This document shows, piece by piece, positions 1-9,382 of a stretch of 64,000 nucleotides of DNA; position 1 is the stretch's first letter, and the number at the start of each line of letters is the position of its first letter. A program made the position numbers and the translations under genes. Below the pieces are notes generated by a model. That model was not told the DNA's origin, searched no databases, and saw nothing but the letters and a program-made list of their open reading frames with translations. Source of the stretch: an uncultured Actinomycetes bacterium (GTDB taxonomy: Bacteria > Actinomycetota > UBA4738 > JACQTL01); NCBI GenBank assembly GCA_963707645.1, contig CAVPQW010000005.1, forward strand, positions 299,309-363,308. Direction: 5' to 3'.

Positions 1-1401
1 CGCCACGCCCACGATGTGCTGCTCCAGGCCGGCCACACTGGCGAACTCGTCCGGCCCGTGCGCGCCGCCCGAGTACCCGAGCCCGCCGGACGCCCACGGC
101 AGGCCGAGGATCCGGTCGAACACGTAGAAGGGCGCGCACCAGGGGGCCAGGGGGTACGGGACCGGGCGCGCCCCCAGCGCCGCGTAGGAGCGGCGGAAGG
201 CGGCGGCGACGTCCGACGCGGGCGGCGCCTTGGCCCACGGGTACTCGTCGGTCACGCGGACGTCGACGTGGGCGAGCCCGTTCGCCTCGAGATGCCGCTC
301 GATCGCGGCGGCCACCTCGGCCGCGTCGAGCCCGGGCACCAGCCGGATGTCGAGATTGGCCCGCGCGGAGCTCGGGATGATCGTCTTGCTGGCGGGGCCC
401 GTGTACCCGGCCTCCAGGCCCGACACGTTGACGGTCGGCCGGAACAGCAGGATCTCGAGCATCTCCTCCTTCGAGTGCTTCGAGTCCCTCGAGTCCCTCG
501 AGCCGCCGAGCTTGAACCGTGCCGCGCCGCTCTCGCGGAGGTGCTCCTCCGGGTCCCACGTCGCGGCGAGCTCCCCGAGCAGGGCGCGGTCGTCGTCGTT
601 CGGCCCCTGCAGTCCCTGGGTGAGCTCCGGGACCAGCAGCTCCTCGCCGGGCCCGACGATCGAGCCGAGCGCGTGGACCAGCGCCCAGACCGGCGACGCG
701 ATCCAGGCCGCCTCGCTGGAGTGCAGCGGCCGTGACGGCCCGCCCCACTCCCCCGACCGGCAGGACACCTCGAGTCCCAGCAGGCCCTTGCACCCCAGGA
801 TCAGGTCGGCCCGGCCGCCCTCCGGATCGCCGCACAGGTCGAAGTCCACACCGGCGTCGGCCGCCAGGTCGGCGCGGCGATCGCGGACGACCGCGGGCAG
901 GTTCGGGCTCCCCAGCTCCTCCTCCCCCTCGATCACGAACCGGAGCCCGACCGGCACGCCGCCGGTCGCCCGCAGCGCGTCGAGCGCGCAGAAGAACGAC
1001 GAGAGCGAGCCCTTGGAGTTCGCGATGCCGCGGCCCACGACGGCCGGCCCGGCGTCGTCCAGCTCGAGGATCTCCATGGCGAACGGCGGCGCGGACCAGT
1101 CCGGTTCCTCGGCCGGCTGCACGTCGTACATGCCATACCGCAACAGCGTCGGCGCGCCGGGCGGTCCGGGGATCTCGCCGACGATCACCGGGTGCCCGGG
1201 CGTCTCCACCAGCTCCGCCCGGCCGCCGGCCTCCTCGACAAGCGCCATCGTGGCGAGCGCGGTCTCCCGGACCCCCTCGCCGGTCGCGCTGACCGAGGGG
1301 GTCCGGCAGAACTCACGAATGCGCTCGAGGTACCCGTCGAACCGGTCCGCCACGACGTCGGCCACGGCGGGCCGGACCCGGGCCTCTTCTGGGGCCGCCA
1401 C
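1..1401 (-). CDS. M20 family metallopeptidase (dipeptidase/ArgE-DapE-like), 3' end cut by window edge
   Basis: Absent from the ORF track because it runs off the left edge. My reverse-strand translation from GTG 1401 stays open to base 1. It reads ADVVADRFDGYLERIREFCRTPSVSATGEG...TLLRYGMYDVQPAEEPDWSAPPF...GRGIANSKGSL...GAHGPDEFASVAGLEQHIVGVA. Start codon choice is uncertain. Confidence 0.7.
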   Translation of the reverse strand, partial: MAAPEEARVRPAVADVVADRFDGYLERIREFCRTPSVSATGEGVRETALATMALVEEAGGRAELVETPGHPVIVGEIPGPPGAPTLLRYGMYDVQPAEEPDWSAPPFAMEILELDDAGPAVVGRGIANSKGSLSSFFCALDALRATGGVPVGLRFVIEGEEELGSPNLPAVVRDRRADLAADAGVDFDLCGDPEGGRADLILGCKGLLGLEVSCRSGEWGGPSRPLHSSEAAWIASPVWALVHALGSIVGPGEELLVPELTQGLQGPNDDDRALLGELAATWDPEEHLRESGAARFKLGGSRDSRDSKHSKEEMLEILLFRPTVNVSGLEAGYTGPASKTIIPSSARANLDIRLVPGLDAAEVAAAIERHLEANGLAHVDVRVTDEYPWAKAPPASDVAAAFRRSYAALGARPVPYPLAPWCAPFYVFDRILGLPWASGGLGYSGGAHGPDEFASVAGLEQHIVGVA

Positions 1402-1498
1402 CGGGCGAGTATCACCCGTCCGCCGCGTGTGCCGAATGTCCGACTCGTCGCATGCGCTCGCGCCGCGCTTGGCCGAAGCGGCGCCCCGCGTGGTCGTG

Positions 1499-1864
1499 TC
1501 AGTCGGTCTTGGCGTACGTCTCGGCCGTCTTGCTCTGGAACTCCAGTGCCTGCCACGGCCCGTCGCTCGTCACCCACGCGTCGTGGCCCGGGAGGACCTC
1601 GTAGACGTCGCCCTCGGAGACGTCGAACTCCTCGCCCTCGTCGGTCAGCAGGTGCAGAGAGCCCCCGAGCACGTACCCGACGTGGTGCGCCTGGCAGCTG
1701 TCGCCCCCCACGATCGGCTTGATGTCCTCCGACCACCGCCAGCCGGGTTCCATCGTCACCCTGGCCGCGGACGAGCCGACGAGATGAACGATGTCGCCCG
1801 TTCCCCTGCCCAGTGGCCTCGTCTCGTCCGGCTGGTCGAACCGCTTGCCTGCTCCCCCGCCCAT
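1499..1864 (-). CDS. cupin domain protein
   Basis: Last 121 aa of ORF 1499..3235, starting at in-frame ATG 1864: MGGGAGKRFDQPDE...GDSCQAHHVGYVLGGSLHLLTDEGEEFDVSEGDVYEVLPGHDAWV. The upstream part of that long ORF is R/G-rich antisense noise. Confidence 0.6.
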   Translation of the reverse strand: MGGGAGKRFDQPDETRPLGRGTGDIVHLVGSSAARVTMEPGWRWSEDIKPIVGGDSCQAHHVGYVLGGSLHLLTDEGEEFDVSEGDVYEVLPGHDAWVTSDGPWQALEFQSKTAETYAKTD

Positions 1865-2002
1865 GATCGCCCCTTCCACTCGGCCCGCGGCCGTTGCGAC
1901 GCACCCTACAGAGCCGCACGTCACATTCGCCATTTCCGCAGGCCTCTGTTCGAATCCGCGCGGCATATCCCCTGGATCCCTGCGTTCGGAAGGGAGGAAC
2001 TC

Positions 2003-2656
2003 ATGGCGACACGGACGGCTCGCCCGCTGGAACGGTTCGCCTGGATCACGCTGGCCCTGCTCCTGTCGGGCGGCACCGCGTATGCGCTCGACGGGCAGAA
2101 CACCGTCTTCTCCGACGACATCGTCAACGGCGCGGTCCGGAGCGTGGACATCGCCGACGACACGACGGCGTTCGCCATCAAGGGCATCGACGTGGCGAAC
2201 AACACGCTCACCGGCTCCGACATCAAGGAGTCGACCCTCGGTCAGGTTCCGGACGCCCTCGAGGCCACCGTTGGCGGGATCGGGCGGTCGACCTCCCTGA
2301 ACGGGTGCAACCCATCCGACTCGACGCTCATCACGTGCGCGACGGTCAGCATGACGCTCCCCACGCCGTCCCGGGTGCTCCTGATCGGACGGGTCCGGGC
2401 GATCGTCGACGAGGGGGAGACCCAGGGGTACGGCTCCTGCGACCTGGGGACGAACTTCTCGGGTCCGCTGACCGGCACGACGGTCGAGATCTTCACCGAC
2501 CAACACACGCTCGCGCAGGTTCCCCTGATGATCGTGACGCCGGTGGTCGGGGCCGACAGCGTGTCGTTCGGCATCGACTGCAACCAGGAAGCGATCGCCG
2601 GCGGCATCCGGTACGACTTCATCTCGCTCACGGCGGTGGCGCTCTCCGCGGACTGA
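2003..2656 (+). CDS. secreted/membrane-anchored hypothetical protein
   Basis: Tail of ORF 230..2656 from in-frame ATG 2003: MATRTARPLERFAWITLALLLSGGTAYALDG (signal-like), then a normal-composition domain. GGAGG lies upstream of the ATG. Confidence 0.6.
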   Translation: MATRTARPLERFAWITLALLLSGGTAYALDGQNTVFSDDIVNGAVRSVDIADDTTAFAIKGIDVANNTLTGSDIKESTLGQVPDALEATVGGIGRSTSLNGCNPSDSTLITCATVSMTLPTPSRVLLIGRVRAIVDEGETQGYGSCDLGTNFSGPLTGTTVEIFTDQHTLAQVPLMIVTPVVGADSVSFGIDCNQEAIAGGIRYDFISLTAVALSAD

Positions 2657-2677
2657 CCCGCGAGCGCCCTGCTCGCG

Positions 2678-4148
2678 GTGGAGCCGCGCCGACCGGTGCG
2701 AGACTGTGACGCCGTGGATGATGAGACCGCGACCCAGACGCTGCACCGATTGACGTCCTACGCGCCCGGCCAGGACTGGGACCAGCCGCTCGACGACCCG
2801 CGGCTCGTGCACGACTTCGTCGGCACGGACATCGACCTGTTCCCCTGGTTCTTCAAGCGGTACGAACAGGCCCTGCCGGTGATCGCGCTCCCCGCGCGAC
2901 CTGCCGTCGACGACGGCGCCGGCCGTCGCGGTGCTCGCGGGAACCGCCGGCGTCGAGCCGACTGAGCTCGACCTCCCGCACCTCTCCCGGCTGCTCCACC
3001 TGTCGGCGGGCGTGGTCCGGACGACGGTGCGGCCGTACACGACCTGGCTGTTCCGCGCCGCGGGGTCGGCCGGCTCCCGGTCGCCGTTCGAGCTGTACGT
3101 CTGCGCGCCGGAGGGAACGGCGCTGCCGCCGGGCGTGCACTGGTACCACCCGCAGGACCACGCCCTCGTGCAGGTCGGGCCGCCTCCGCGCGGCGGTTCC
3201 CCCGCGGTCGTCGTCACGGGCGTCCCGTGGCGCACCGGGTGGCGCTACCGCGAACGCGGCTTTCGGCACATCTACTGGGACGCGGGAACGATGTTCTCCC
3301 AGCTGTTCGCGTCGGCCGACTCGGCCGGGTTCCCCGCCCGGCTCCACACCCGATTCCCCGACCCCGCCGTCGGCGGCCTCGTCGGCGCGGACGGCGTCCA
3401 CGAGTGGCCGCTCGCGGTGATCGCGCTGGGCGACGGCCCGCCCGCGATCGACGCCACAGGAGCCGCCGAGACCGGAGCGGTCGACTGGGCCCCGCGCGAG
3501 CTCCCGCTCGTCACGGCCGCGCAGCACGCCGGGGACATGGAGGAACTCGGACCGGCGTGGGACCCGGGCTCGCCGGTCGAGGTCGCCGTCGGCGCGGGGC
3601 CGCCGGTCGAGGAGGTCATCCTCACGCGCGGCTCGCAGCGCCGCATGGACGCGTCCCGGGGACTGTCCGAGGAGCTCCTCCGGACGTCGATGGAAGTCTC
3701 CATGCGAGGGATCGACATCCCGCACTTCGTCGTGGTGCACGACGTGGGGGAACTCGAAGCCGGCGTCTACCGGTGGCCGGACATGACGGCCCCGGTGCGG
3801 GCCGGCGCGATGCGCGAGGAGATGTTCCGCATCGCGCTCGACCAGGAGCTCGCCGGGGCGGCGGCGTTCGTCGTGATCGGCGCGGCCGACGTGGGTGCGC
3901 TCTCCGACCGGGAATACCGGGAGGCGCAGCTGGCCTCGGGCATCGTCGAGGGAAGGCTTCACCTGCTCGCCTACGCGCTCGGCGCCAGCGCGTCCGGGAT
4001 GACGTTCCTCGACAGCGAGATCCCGGCGCTGCTGGGCGAGCCGCTCGACTCGATGCTGTGGACCTGCGTCGGCGTGCCCGACTACCCGTCGAAGCCGGGC
4101 GGCCCGCCCGGCGATCCGACGCCGATCCGGATGGTCCCCGGGACCTGA
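2678..4148 (+). CDS. SagB/ThcOx-type (tandem nitroreductase-fold) dehydrogenase, one frame disruption near 2890
   Basis: ORF 2678..2965 (HRLTSYAPGQDWDQP...FPWFFKRYEQALPVIALP) continues in ORF 2931..4148 (LSRLLHLSAGVVRT...RSPFELYVCAPEG..GVHWYHPQDHALV; second half RGSQRRMDASRGLS...GVYRWPD). The frames join if one C of the CCCC run at about 2891-2894 is removed. Confidence 0.65.
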
Positions 4149-4203
4149 CCTGCATGCGGTCCGCATCGACCGGCGGCGTCCGCGGGCGCATGATTGCGGC
4201 CTC

Positions 4204-5405
4204 ATGGACGGGTACACGCGGGAGGAGCTCGCCGAGCGGGCGGGGGTGTCGGTCGATTTCGTCGACCGCCTCGTGGATTTCCGGCTCCTCCTTCCCGCCG
4301 GCGGGCAATTCTCCGACGGAGACCTGCGCAGAACGCGCTTCGTCCGGAACCTCGAGCAGGGCGGCGTTCCGCTGGAGACGATCGGTGCAGCCGTGGAGGG
4401 CGGGGCGATCTCGTTCGGCTTCTTCGACGCCGGGTACTGGGAGCGGTTCGGCGGACTGACGGGGACGACCTACCGCCGGCTCAGCACGGAAACCGGCGTG
4501 AGCATCGAGCTCCTGACGACGCTCCGCGAGTCGATGGGGTACGCGCGTCCCGGCCCCGACGACGCGGTCCGGGAGGACGAGCTCGTCGTGGTCCGCTGCT
4601 GCGGACGCTGATCGCCATGGGCGCGAACCCCCTCGCGCTCGAGCGCCACATGCGGATCTGGGGCGACAGCATGCGCCGGGTGGCGGATGCCGACGGGAGC
4701 TTCTACCGGTCGGAGATCGAGGAGCCGCTGCTCGCCGCGGGACTCGGCTGGTCGGACATGATCCGCGCGGCGTCGGAGGCCACGGAGGCGATGGTGCCGC
4801 TCCTCGATCCCGCGCTGTTGTCCATCTACCACGCGCAATCGGAGCACACCTGGATGGGAAACATCGTGGAGGCCATAGAGTCCGCGCTCGAGGACGCCGG
4901 CCTGCACCGGTCGCCGGAGAACGTGCCGGCGATGTGCTTCCTCGACCTCAGCGGATACACGAGGCTGACCGAGGAACGAGGGGACCAGGCCGCGGCGGAG
5001 ATGGCGGCCACGCTCGCGAAGCTCGTGCAGACCGGCTCGCACGGGCGGGGCGGGCGGCCGGTGAAGTGGCTGGGCGACGGGGTGATGGTGCACTTCCGTC
5101 AACCGGGCGCCGCGGTGCTGTTCGCGCTCGAGATGCGCGAGGTCATCCCCGCGGCGGACCTCCCCCCTCCGCATGCCGGGATCGCCGCCGGGCCGATCGT
5201 GTTCCAGGACGGCGACTACTACGGGCGAACGGTCAACGTCGCCGCCCGGGTCTCGGCGCGCGCGACCGCGGGGCAGGTGCTCGCGACCGACGAGGTCGTG
5301 CGGGTCACGACGGACCCGGACGTCGAGTTCGTGGACATGGGCCCGGCCGAGTTGAAGGGCGTGTCCCGGCCGGTGCGGCTCCACGAGGCGCGGCGTCGGG
5401 ACTGA
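4204..5405 (+). CDS. MerR-like HTH / class III adenylate-guanylate cyclase fusion protein, frame disruption near 4597
   Basis: ORF 4204..4611 starts MDGYTREELAERAGVSVDFVDRLVDFRLL (HTH-like). The tail of ORF 4194..5405 carries the cyclase motifs AMCFLDLSGYTRLTEERGDQAAAEM...VKWLGDGVMVHF...IAAGPIVFQDGDYYGRTVNVAARV. Paralog of 10583..11816. Confidence 0.75.
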
Positions 5406-5449
5406 CGACGCGAAACGGGATTCGAGCGGAACATAGACTCTGACTCGCG

Positions 5450-5938
5450 ATGCGTCTCGAGCCCATGTTCCGCATCTCGATGCAGTACGAGGAGGGCACC
5501 TGGGCCCGCCCGTACGAGGGTTCCGAGGGCGCCGGGTTCGGGCGCGGTGAGGGGACGGTCGCCGGAGAGGGCTTCGCGGGCACGGTCCGGTGGGCGAACT
5601 TCCCCCGGAGGCGTGAGGACGGAGTGTGGACGCCGAACCTCCGGGGAGCGATCACGCTCGACGACGGCGCCGAGGTGCTGATCTCCATGCACGGCCAGAG
5701 CGTCCAGGAGGAGCCGGTCGAGGCCGGGCGCCGCGCCATCCTGGCGCGTATCGAGCTGCTGACCGAGGACGACCGCTACCGCTGGCTGAACACGTGCTTC
5801 CTGGTGGGCGAAGGCGAGATCGACGAGGAGACCGAGGAGTGGTGGCTCGACGCGTTCGTCTGCGTCAACGAGGTCGCCGCGGGCCCGCCGGCCATCGGGA
5901 CGCCGCCGCCCGAGCGCTTCCGCCAAACCCGCCGCTGA
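5450..5938 (+). CDS. DUF3237-like protein
   Basis: ORF 5450..5938 with normal composition. GEGTVAGEGFAGTVRWANFPRRREDGVWTPNLRGAITLDDGAEVLISMHGQ resembles the DUF3237 pattern. Confidence 0.55.
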   Translation: MRLEPMFRISMQYEEGTWARPYEGSEGAGFGRGEGTVAGEGFAGTVRWANFPRRREDGVWTPNLRGAITLDDGAEVLISMHGQSVQEEPVEAGRRAILARIELLTEDDRYRWLNTCFLVGEGEIDEETEEWWLDAFVCVNEVAAGPPAIGTPPPERFRQTRR

Positions 5939-5945
5939 GCCTCGT

Positions 5946-6689
5946 TCACGCTCCTTCTTCGGGCGTCGTCCCGGCGGCGATCAGACGGCGGACGACTCGG
6001 ACGTCGGGTCCGAGCCGGGTCAGGTGGGCGACCAGGTCGTCGGCGGCGGCGTGGAGTGCCTCGTCGGTCATCGGGTCGAGCGCGTCGAGGATGAACAGCG
6101 CCGCCGTGGTGTCGTCGCCGAGCTGCGTGCGGCGCGCCTGGCGCCAGTTCCAACGCCGGCAGGTCACGCCGGCGTCGTCGCACCACACCACCTCGCCGGC
6201 GTCGGGGTGCTCGATCACCGCGGCGCCGTCGGCCACGGTGTCGAAGGGCTCCTCGCCGGTGGCGCGGATCAGCCGCGGCGACCCGGCGTAGCGGGTCAGG
6301 TCCTCGCCGCCGAGCGGGACCTGGTGCAGCACCGAGACGGCGTTGTAGAGGTCGGTGAGCCGGTTCACGCGGGGCAGCCCGGACGCCGCGCGGCGCAGGA
6401 GCGCCTCCAGGCTGTTGCGGGTGCGCTGCGGCTTGGCCCCGAACGCCCGGTACGCCTCCCGCCACGCCGCCACGTGCGGGAGCTGTTCCGCCGGCCGGTC
6501 GCGGAGGGCCTCGCCGGCCGCGACCTCCGCCGCCCGGAGCAGCGCCTCGCTCGCCTGGTCGCTCGGGCCCGGGACGAGCCCGTCGACGGCCAGCAGCATG
6601 GCCCGATAGTCGGGCCGCAGCACGAACACCGCGGCGTCGACATGGCCGCCCGCGAGGAACTCCTGGAGCATGCCGAGCTCAGGCATCAC
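5946..6689 (-). CDS. B3/B4 tRNA-binding-domain protein
   Basis: ORF 5946..6689: WREAYRAFGAKPQRTRNSLEALLRR...LPRVNRLTDLYNAVSVLHQVPLGGEDL...VWCDDAGVTCRRWNWRQ, typical of the PheT B3/B4-like family. Confidence 0.65.
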   Translation of the reverse strand: MMPELGMLQEFLAGGHVDAAVFVLRPDYRAMLLAVDGLVPGPSDQASEALLRAAEVAAGEALRDRPAEQLPHVAAWREAYRAFGAKPQRTRNSLEALLRRAASGLPRVNRLTDLYNAVSVLHQVPLGGEDLTRYAGSPRLIRATGEEPFDTVADGAAVIEHPDAGEVVWCDDAGVTCRRWNWRQARRTQLGDDTTAALFILDALDPMTDEALHAAADDLVAHLTRLGPDVRVVRRLIAAGTTPEEGA

Positions 6690-6750
6690 ATCCTCCGACG
6701 GGGATCCCGAACACGTGGCCCCATGATCGGACCTTACGCAAAGCCCGCAG

Positions 6751-7677
6751 TCACGCTGACCGAACCGGCGGCCCCGCCGTGTTGGGGCCCGGCTCGACGT
6801 TCAGCAGGTCGCGCAGCCGTTCGTCGGAGATGGCCGCCGGCTCGCTCTCGTGGAGGAACCCCGTGACCGCCCGAACGAACCGCTCCGGATGCTCCGCCTG
6901 CGGGAAGTGGCCGGTGTCGCGCATGATCTCGAGTCTGCTGCCGGGCATCGCTGCGTGCGCCGCGTGCGCGTGGGCGACCGGGATGATCGCGTCCCGCTCG
7001 CCCCACACGATGAGCGTGGGGATGTCGGCCGCGAGCGACAACCGCTCCGTGGCGCTCACGCGCTGCCCGCCGGCGTCGACAACCGATCGAAGCGTGTGGA
7101 TGAGCGCGGCCCGAGCGTCGGGGCTCGCGAGTGACGCGTAGCATCGCCCGATCTCGGCGAACGACGCGGTGGGACGAAGGCCGATCCGGGCCAGCCATCC
7201 CGCAACCGTCCGTCCGGCGTCGAGCACGCGCGGGGAGCATCCCACCGACAACACGAGCTCGGCGCCCGGGAGCGTCAGCGCCCGGAGGTGGAGGGCGACC
7301 TCTCTCCCGAGCCCGCCGGAATCGACGAGCACGAGCCGCTCACACCGCTCGGGGAACTGGTACGCCGTTTGCATGGCGATACCGCCACCGAGCGAGTGTC
7401 CGATGAACGTTGCCCGGGGCATGTCGAGCGCCGCCATCAGATCCCGGAGGCAGGACGCGTGGGCGCCGAGCGAGTAGTCGCCGCCCGGGTTCGTCGAGCC
7501 GCCGTGGCCCGGGAGATCCGGCGCGATGACCGTTCCGTGCTCCGCCAGGAGCGGGATCACCGGCTCCCACGTCACCGACGAGCTCGCCATGCCATGGATC
7601 AGGACGATGCCCGGACCCGAGCCGGCTTTCCGGTACGCGACCTCATGACCACGAAGGCGCAGCCGGCGCAGCCTCAT
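6751..7677 (-). CDS. alpha/beta hydrolase
   Basis: Tail of ORF 6751..8493 from ATG 7677: MRLRRLRLRGHEVAYRKAGSGPGIVLIHGMASSS...FIGHSLGGGIAMQ...DTGHFPQAEHPERF. ATGA overlap with the stop of the upstream desaturase gene. Confidence 0.8.
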   Translation of the reverse strand: MRLRRLRLRGHEVAYRKAGSGPGIVLIHGMASSSVTWEPVIPLLAEHGTVIAPDLPGHGGSTNPGGDYSLGAHASCLRDLMAALDMPRATFIGHSLGGGIAMQTAYQFPERCERLVLVDSGGLGREVALHLRALTLPGAELVLSVGCSPRVLDAGRTVAGWLARIGLRPTASFAEIGRCYASLASPDARAALIHTLRSVVDAGGQRVSATERLSLAADIPTLIVWGERDAIIPVAHAHAAHAAMPGSRLEIMRDTGHFPQAEHPERFVRAVTGFLHESEPAAISDERLRDLLNVEPGPNTAGPPVRSA

Positions 7678-8588
7678 GTCGATGAGCCCGCCCGCCGTGC
7701 TTCGTACCGTGCCGCGGCGGCATCGAGGTGCGGCAGGAACTCCATGATCGCGTCGCGGGCGAGCTCGGCCTCGTCGGACAGCCCATCGAGGTGCTCGAGG
7801 CGCCACTGCTTCAGCAGTACGGGCACCAGCACCTGGTCGTGGTGGATGCGGAGGTCGTAGATGCCGGCCTTCGCGATGCGGATCGCCTTCTCGCGGAACG
7901 CCGGAAGCTCGAGCCCCGGCATCGAGAACCCCAGGACCTGCCGGGCCATCGCCACCACCGTGGCCGAGGGATCCACCTCCAGCGCGCCGGCCGTGACGTC
8001 GCGGTAGAAAACGTAGTGGAGGTTCTCGTCCACCGCGATGCGGGACATCAGCTTCTCCGCGACCGGGTCCTCGGTGATCGCGCCGGTGTTCCGGTGCGAG
8101 ATGCGCGTGGCCAGCTCCTGCAGCGTCACGTACACGAGCCCGTCGAGCGGCGTGAAGTCCCCGGCCGGGTAGTAGCCGCGTGAGACGTGCTCCATGCGCG
8201 CGCGTTCCAGGGCGACGGGGTCGACGCCGCGGGTCACGGTCAGGAAATCGCGCATCGCGATCGCGTGGCGGCCCTCCTCGGCCGTCCACCGCCGGGTCCA
8301 CTCCCCCCACGGCCCGTTTCCGCCGAACGTCTCCCAGATCGCCAGGTGGTAGTAGGGCAGGTTGTCCTCGGTCAGGAGGTTGACCTCGAGCGCCGTCTGG
8401 GCGATGTCGGACAACCGGCTGTCTCCGGCGTCCCAGGGTTCGTCCGTGAAGTTTCGGCCTTCCTCCCACGGCACGTACTCGTGGGGGAACCACTCCTGGG
8501 CGGCGGACAGGTGCCGGTCGAGGACGGACCCGACCAGCGATTCGAGCTCGAGCAGGACATCGGTGGGCGTGACGGTCGACGTCGGCAT
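7674..8588 (-). CDS. acyl-ACP desaturase (DesA-like di-iron desaturase)
   Basis: ORF 7674..8588: LTEDNLPYYH...WTAEEGRHAIAMRDFL...QELATRISHRNTG...VDENLHYVFYRD, the di-iron EXXH motifs of the soluble desaturase family. Confidence 0.8.
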   Translation of the reverse strand: MPTSTVTPTDVLLELESLVGSVLDRHLSAAQEWFPHEYVPWEEGRNFTDEPWDAGDSRLSDIAQTALEVNLLTEDNLPYYHLAIWETFGGNGPWGEWTRRWTAEEGRHAIAMRDFLTVTRGVDPVALERARMEHVSRGYYPAGDFTPLDGLVYVTLQELATRISHRNTGAITEDPVAEKLMSRIAVDENLHYVFYRDVTAGALEVDPSATVVAMARQVLGFSMPGLELPAFREKAIRIAKAGIYDLRIHHDQVLVPVLLKQWRLEHLDGLSDEAELARDAIMEFLPHLDAAAARYEARRAGSST

Positions 8589-8614
8589 CAGGGACTCCTC
8601 GGTGATGGACAGAA

Positions 8615-8664
8615 AGGTTACGCTCGCGTAGGTTACGTCAACGTAGGTTACGGTGGCGTAATAT
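8615..8664. promoter_or_regulatory. candidate TetR operator: AGGTTACG x3 at 15-bp period, overlapping a TAATAT -10-like hexamer
   Basis: AGGTTACG occurs at 8615, 8630 and 8645 (units AGGTTACGnnnnCGT). TAATAT at 8659-8664 lies 12 nt upstream of the TetR ATG. The site sits in the 88-bp divergent gap between the desaturase and TetR genes. Confidence 0.5.
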
Positions 8665-8676
8665 CGTTGTCAAGCC

Positions 8677-9309
8677 ATGGGAACCGACCGCCCCAGCCGC
8701 CTCACCGCATCGGCTCGCCGCGCCCAGCTCGTCGAGGTCGGCCGGAGCGTGTTCGCGGAGCGCGGGTACGAGGCCACGTCGGTCGAGGAGATCGCCGAAC
8801 GAGCCAGGATCTCGAAGCCGATCGTCTACGAGCACTTCGGCGGGAAGGAGGGCCTGTACGCGGTGATCATCGACCGCGAGATGGAGCACATCGTCTCGCG
8901 GATCACCGAGGCGATCTCCTCCGGTTCGCCACGCGAGCGGCTCGAGGGGGCCGCGCTCGCATTTCTCACCTACGTGAAGGAACAGCCGGACGGGTTCGCG
9001 GTCCTGACCCGCGACGTGCCGGTCTCGGCCGCGTCGGGTGGCATGTCGGGCCTGCTCAACGAGATGGCCGACCGGGTCTCGAAGGTCTTCGCCGCCCAGT
9101 TCAAGAGCGCCGGCTACGACGCGCGAACGGCGCCGGTCTACGCCCACGCCCTGGTTGGAATGGTGACCTTCGTGGGCCAGTGGTGGACGGAGACCCGGAA
9201 GCCACCGGTGGAGCAGGTGGCGAGCCACATCGCCGCCCTCGCGTGGATGGGCCTCCGGCACCTCCCGAAACGCCCGACGCTCTCCGCAACCTCGCGGCCC
9301 TCTTCCTAG
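8677..9309 (+). CDS. TetR family transcriptional regulator
   Basis: ORF 8677..9309: RRAQLVEVGRSVFAERGYEATSVEEIAERARISKPIVYEHFGGKEGLY, the canonical TetR N-terminal HTH. Confidence 0.85.
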   Translation: MGTDRPSRLTASARRAQLVEVGRSVFAERGYEATSVEEIAERARISKPIVYEHFGGKEGLYAVIIDREMEHIVSRITEAISSGSPRERLEGAALAFLTYVKEQPDGFAVLTRDVPVSAASGGMSGLLNEMADRVSKVFAAQFKSAGYDARTAPVYAHALVGMVTFVGQWWTETRKPPVEQVASHIAALAWMGLRHLPKRPTLSATSRPSS

Positions 9310-9382
9310 GGACCGTCTACAGATTCCGGGCACGTCGGGCGTTACACCCGTGATGACCGAGCATCTCATCGAGGAGTCGCTG

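Noticed and set aside
230-2002. The first 590 aa or so of the 808-aa ORF 230..2656, together with the other long ORFs overlapping the M20 and cupin genes (16..735, 732..1292, 1185..1919).
   Set aside because: Their composition is S/R/P/A-rich and low-complexity. They lie antisense to, or out of frame with, a well-supported M20 peptidase and cupin gene. This is a typical high-GC shadow-ORF artefact. Only the last 217 aa (2003-2656) look real.
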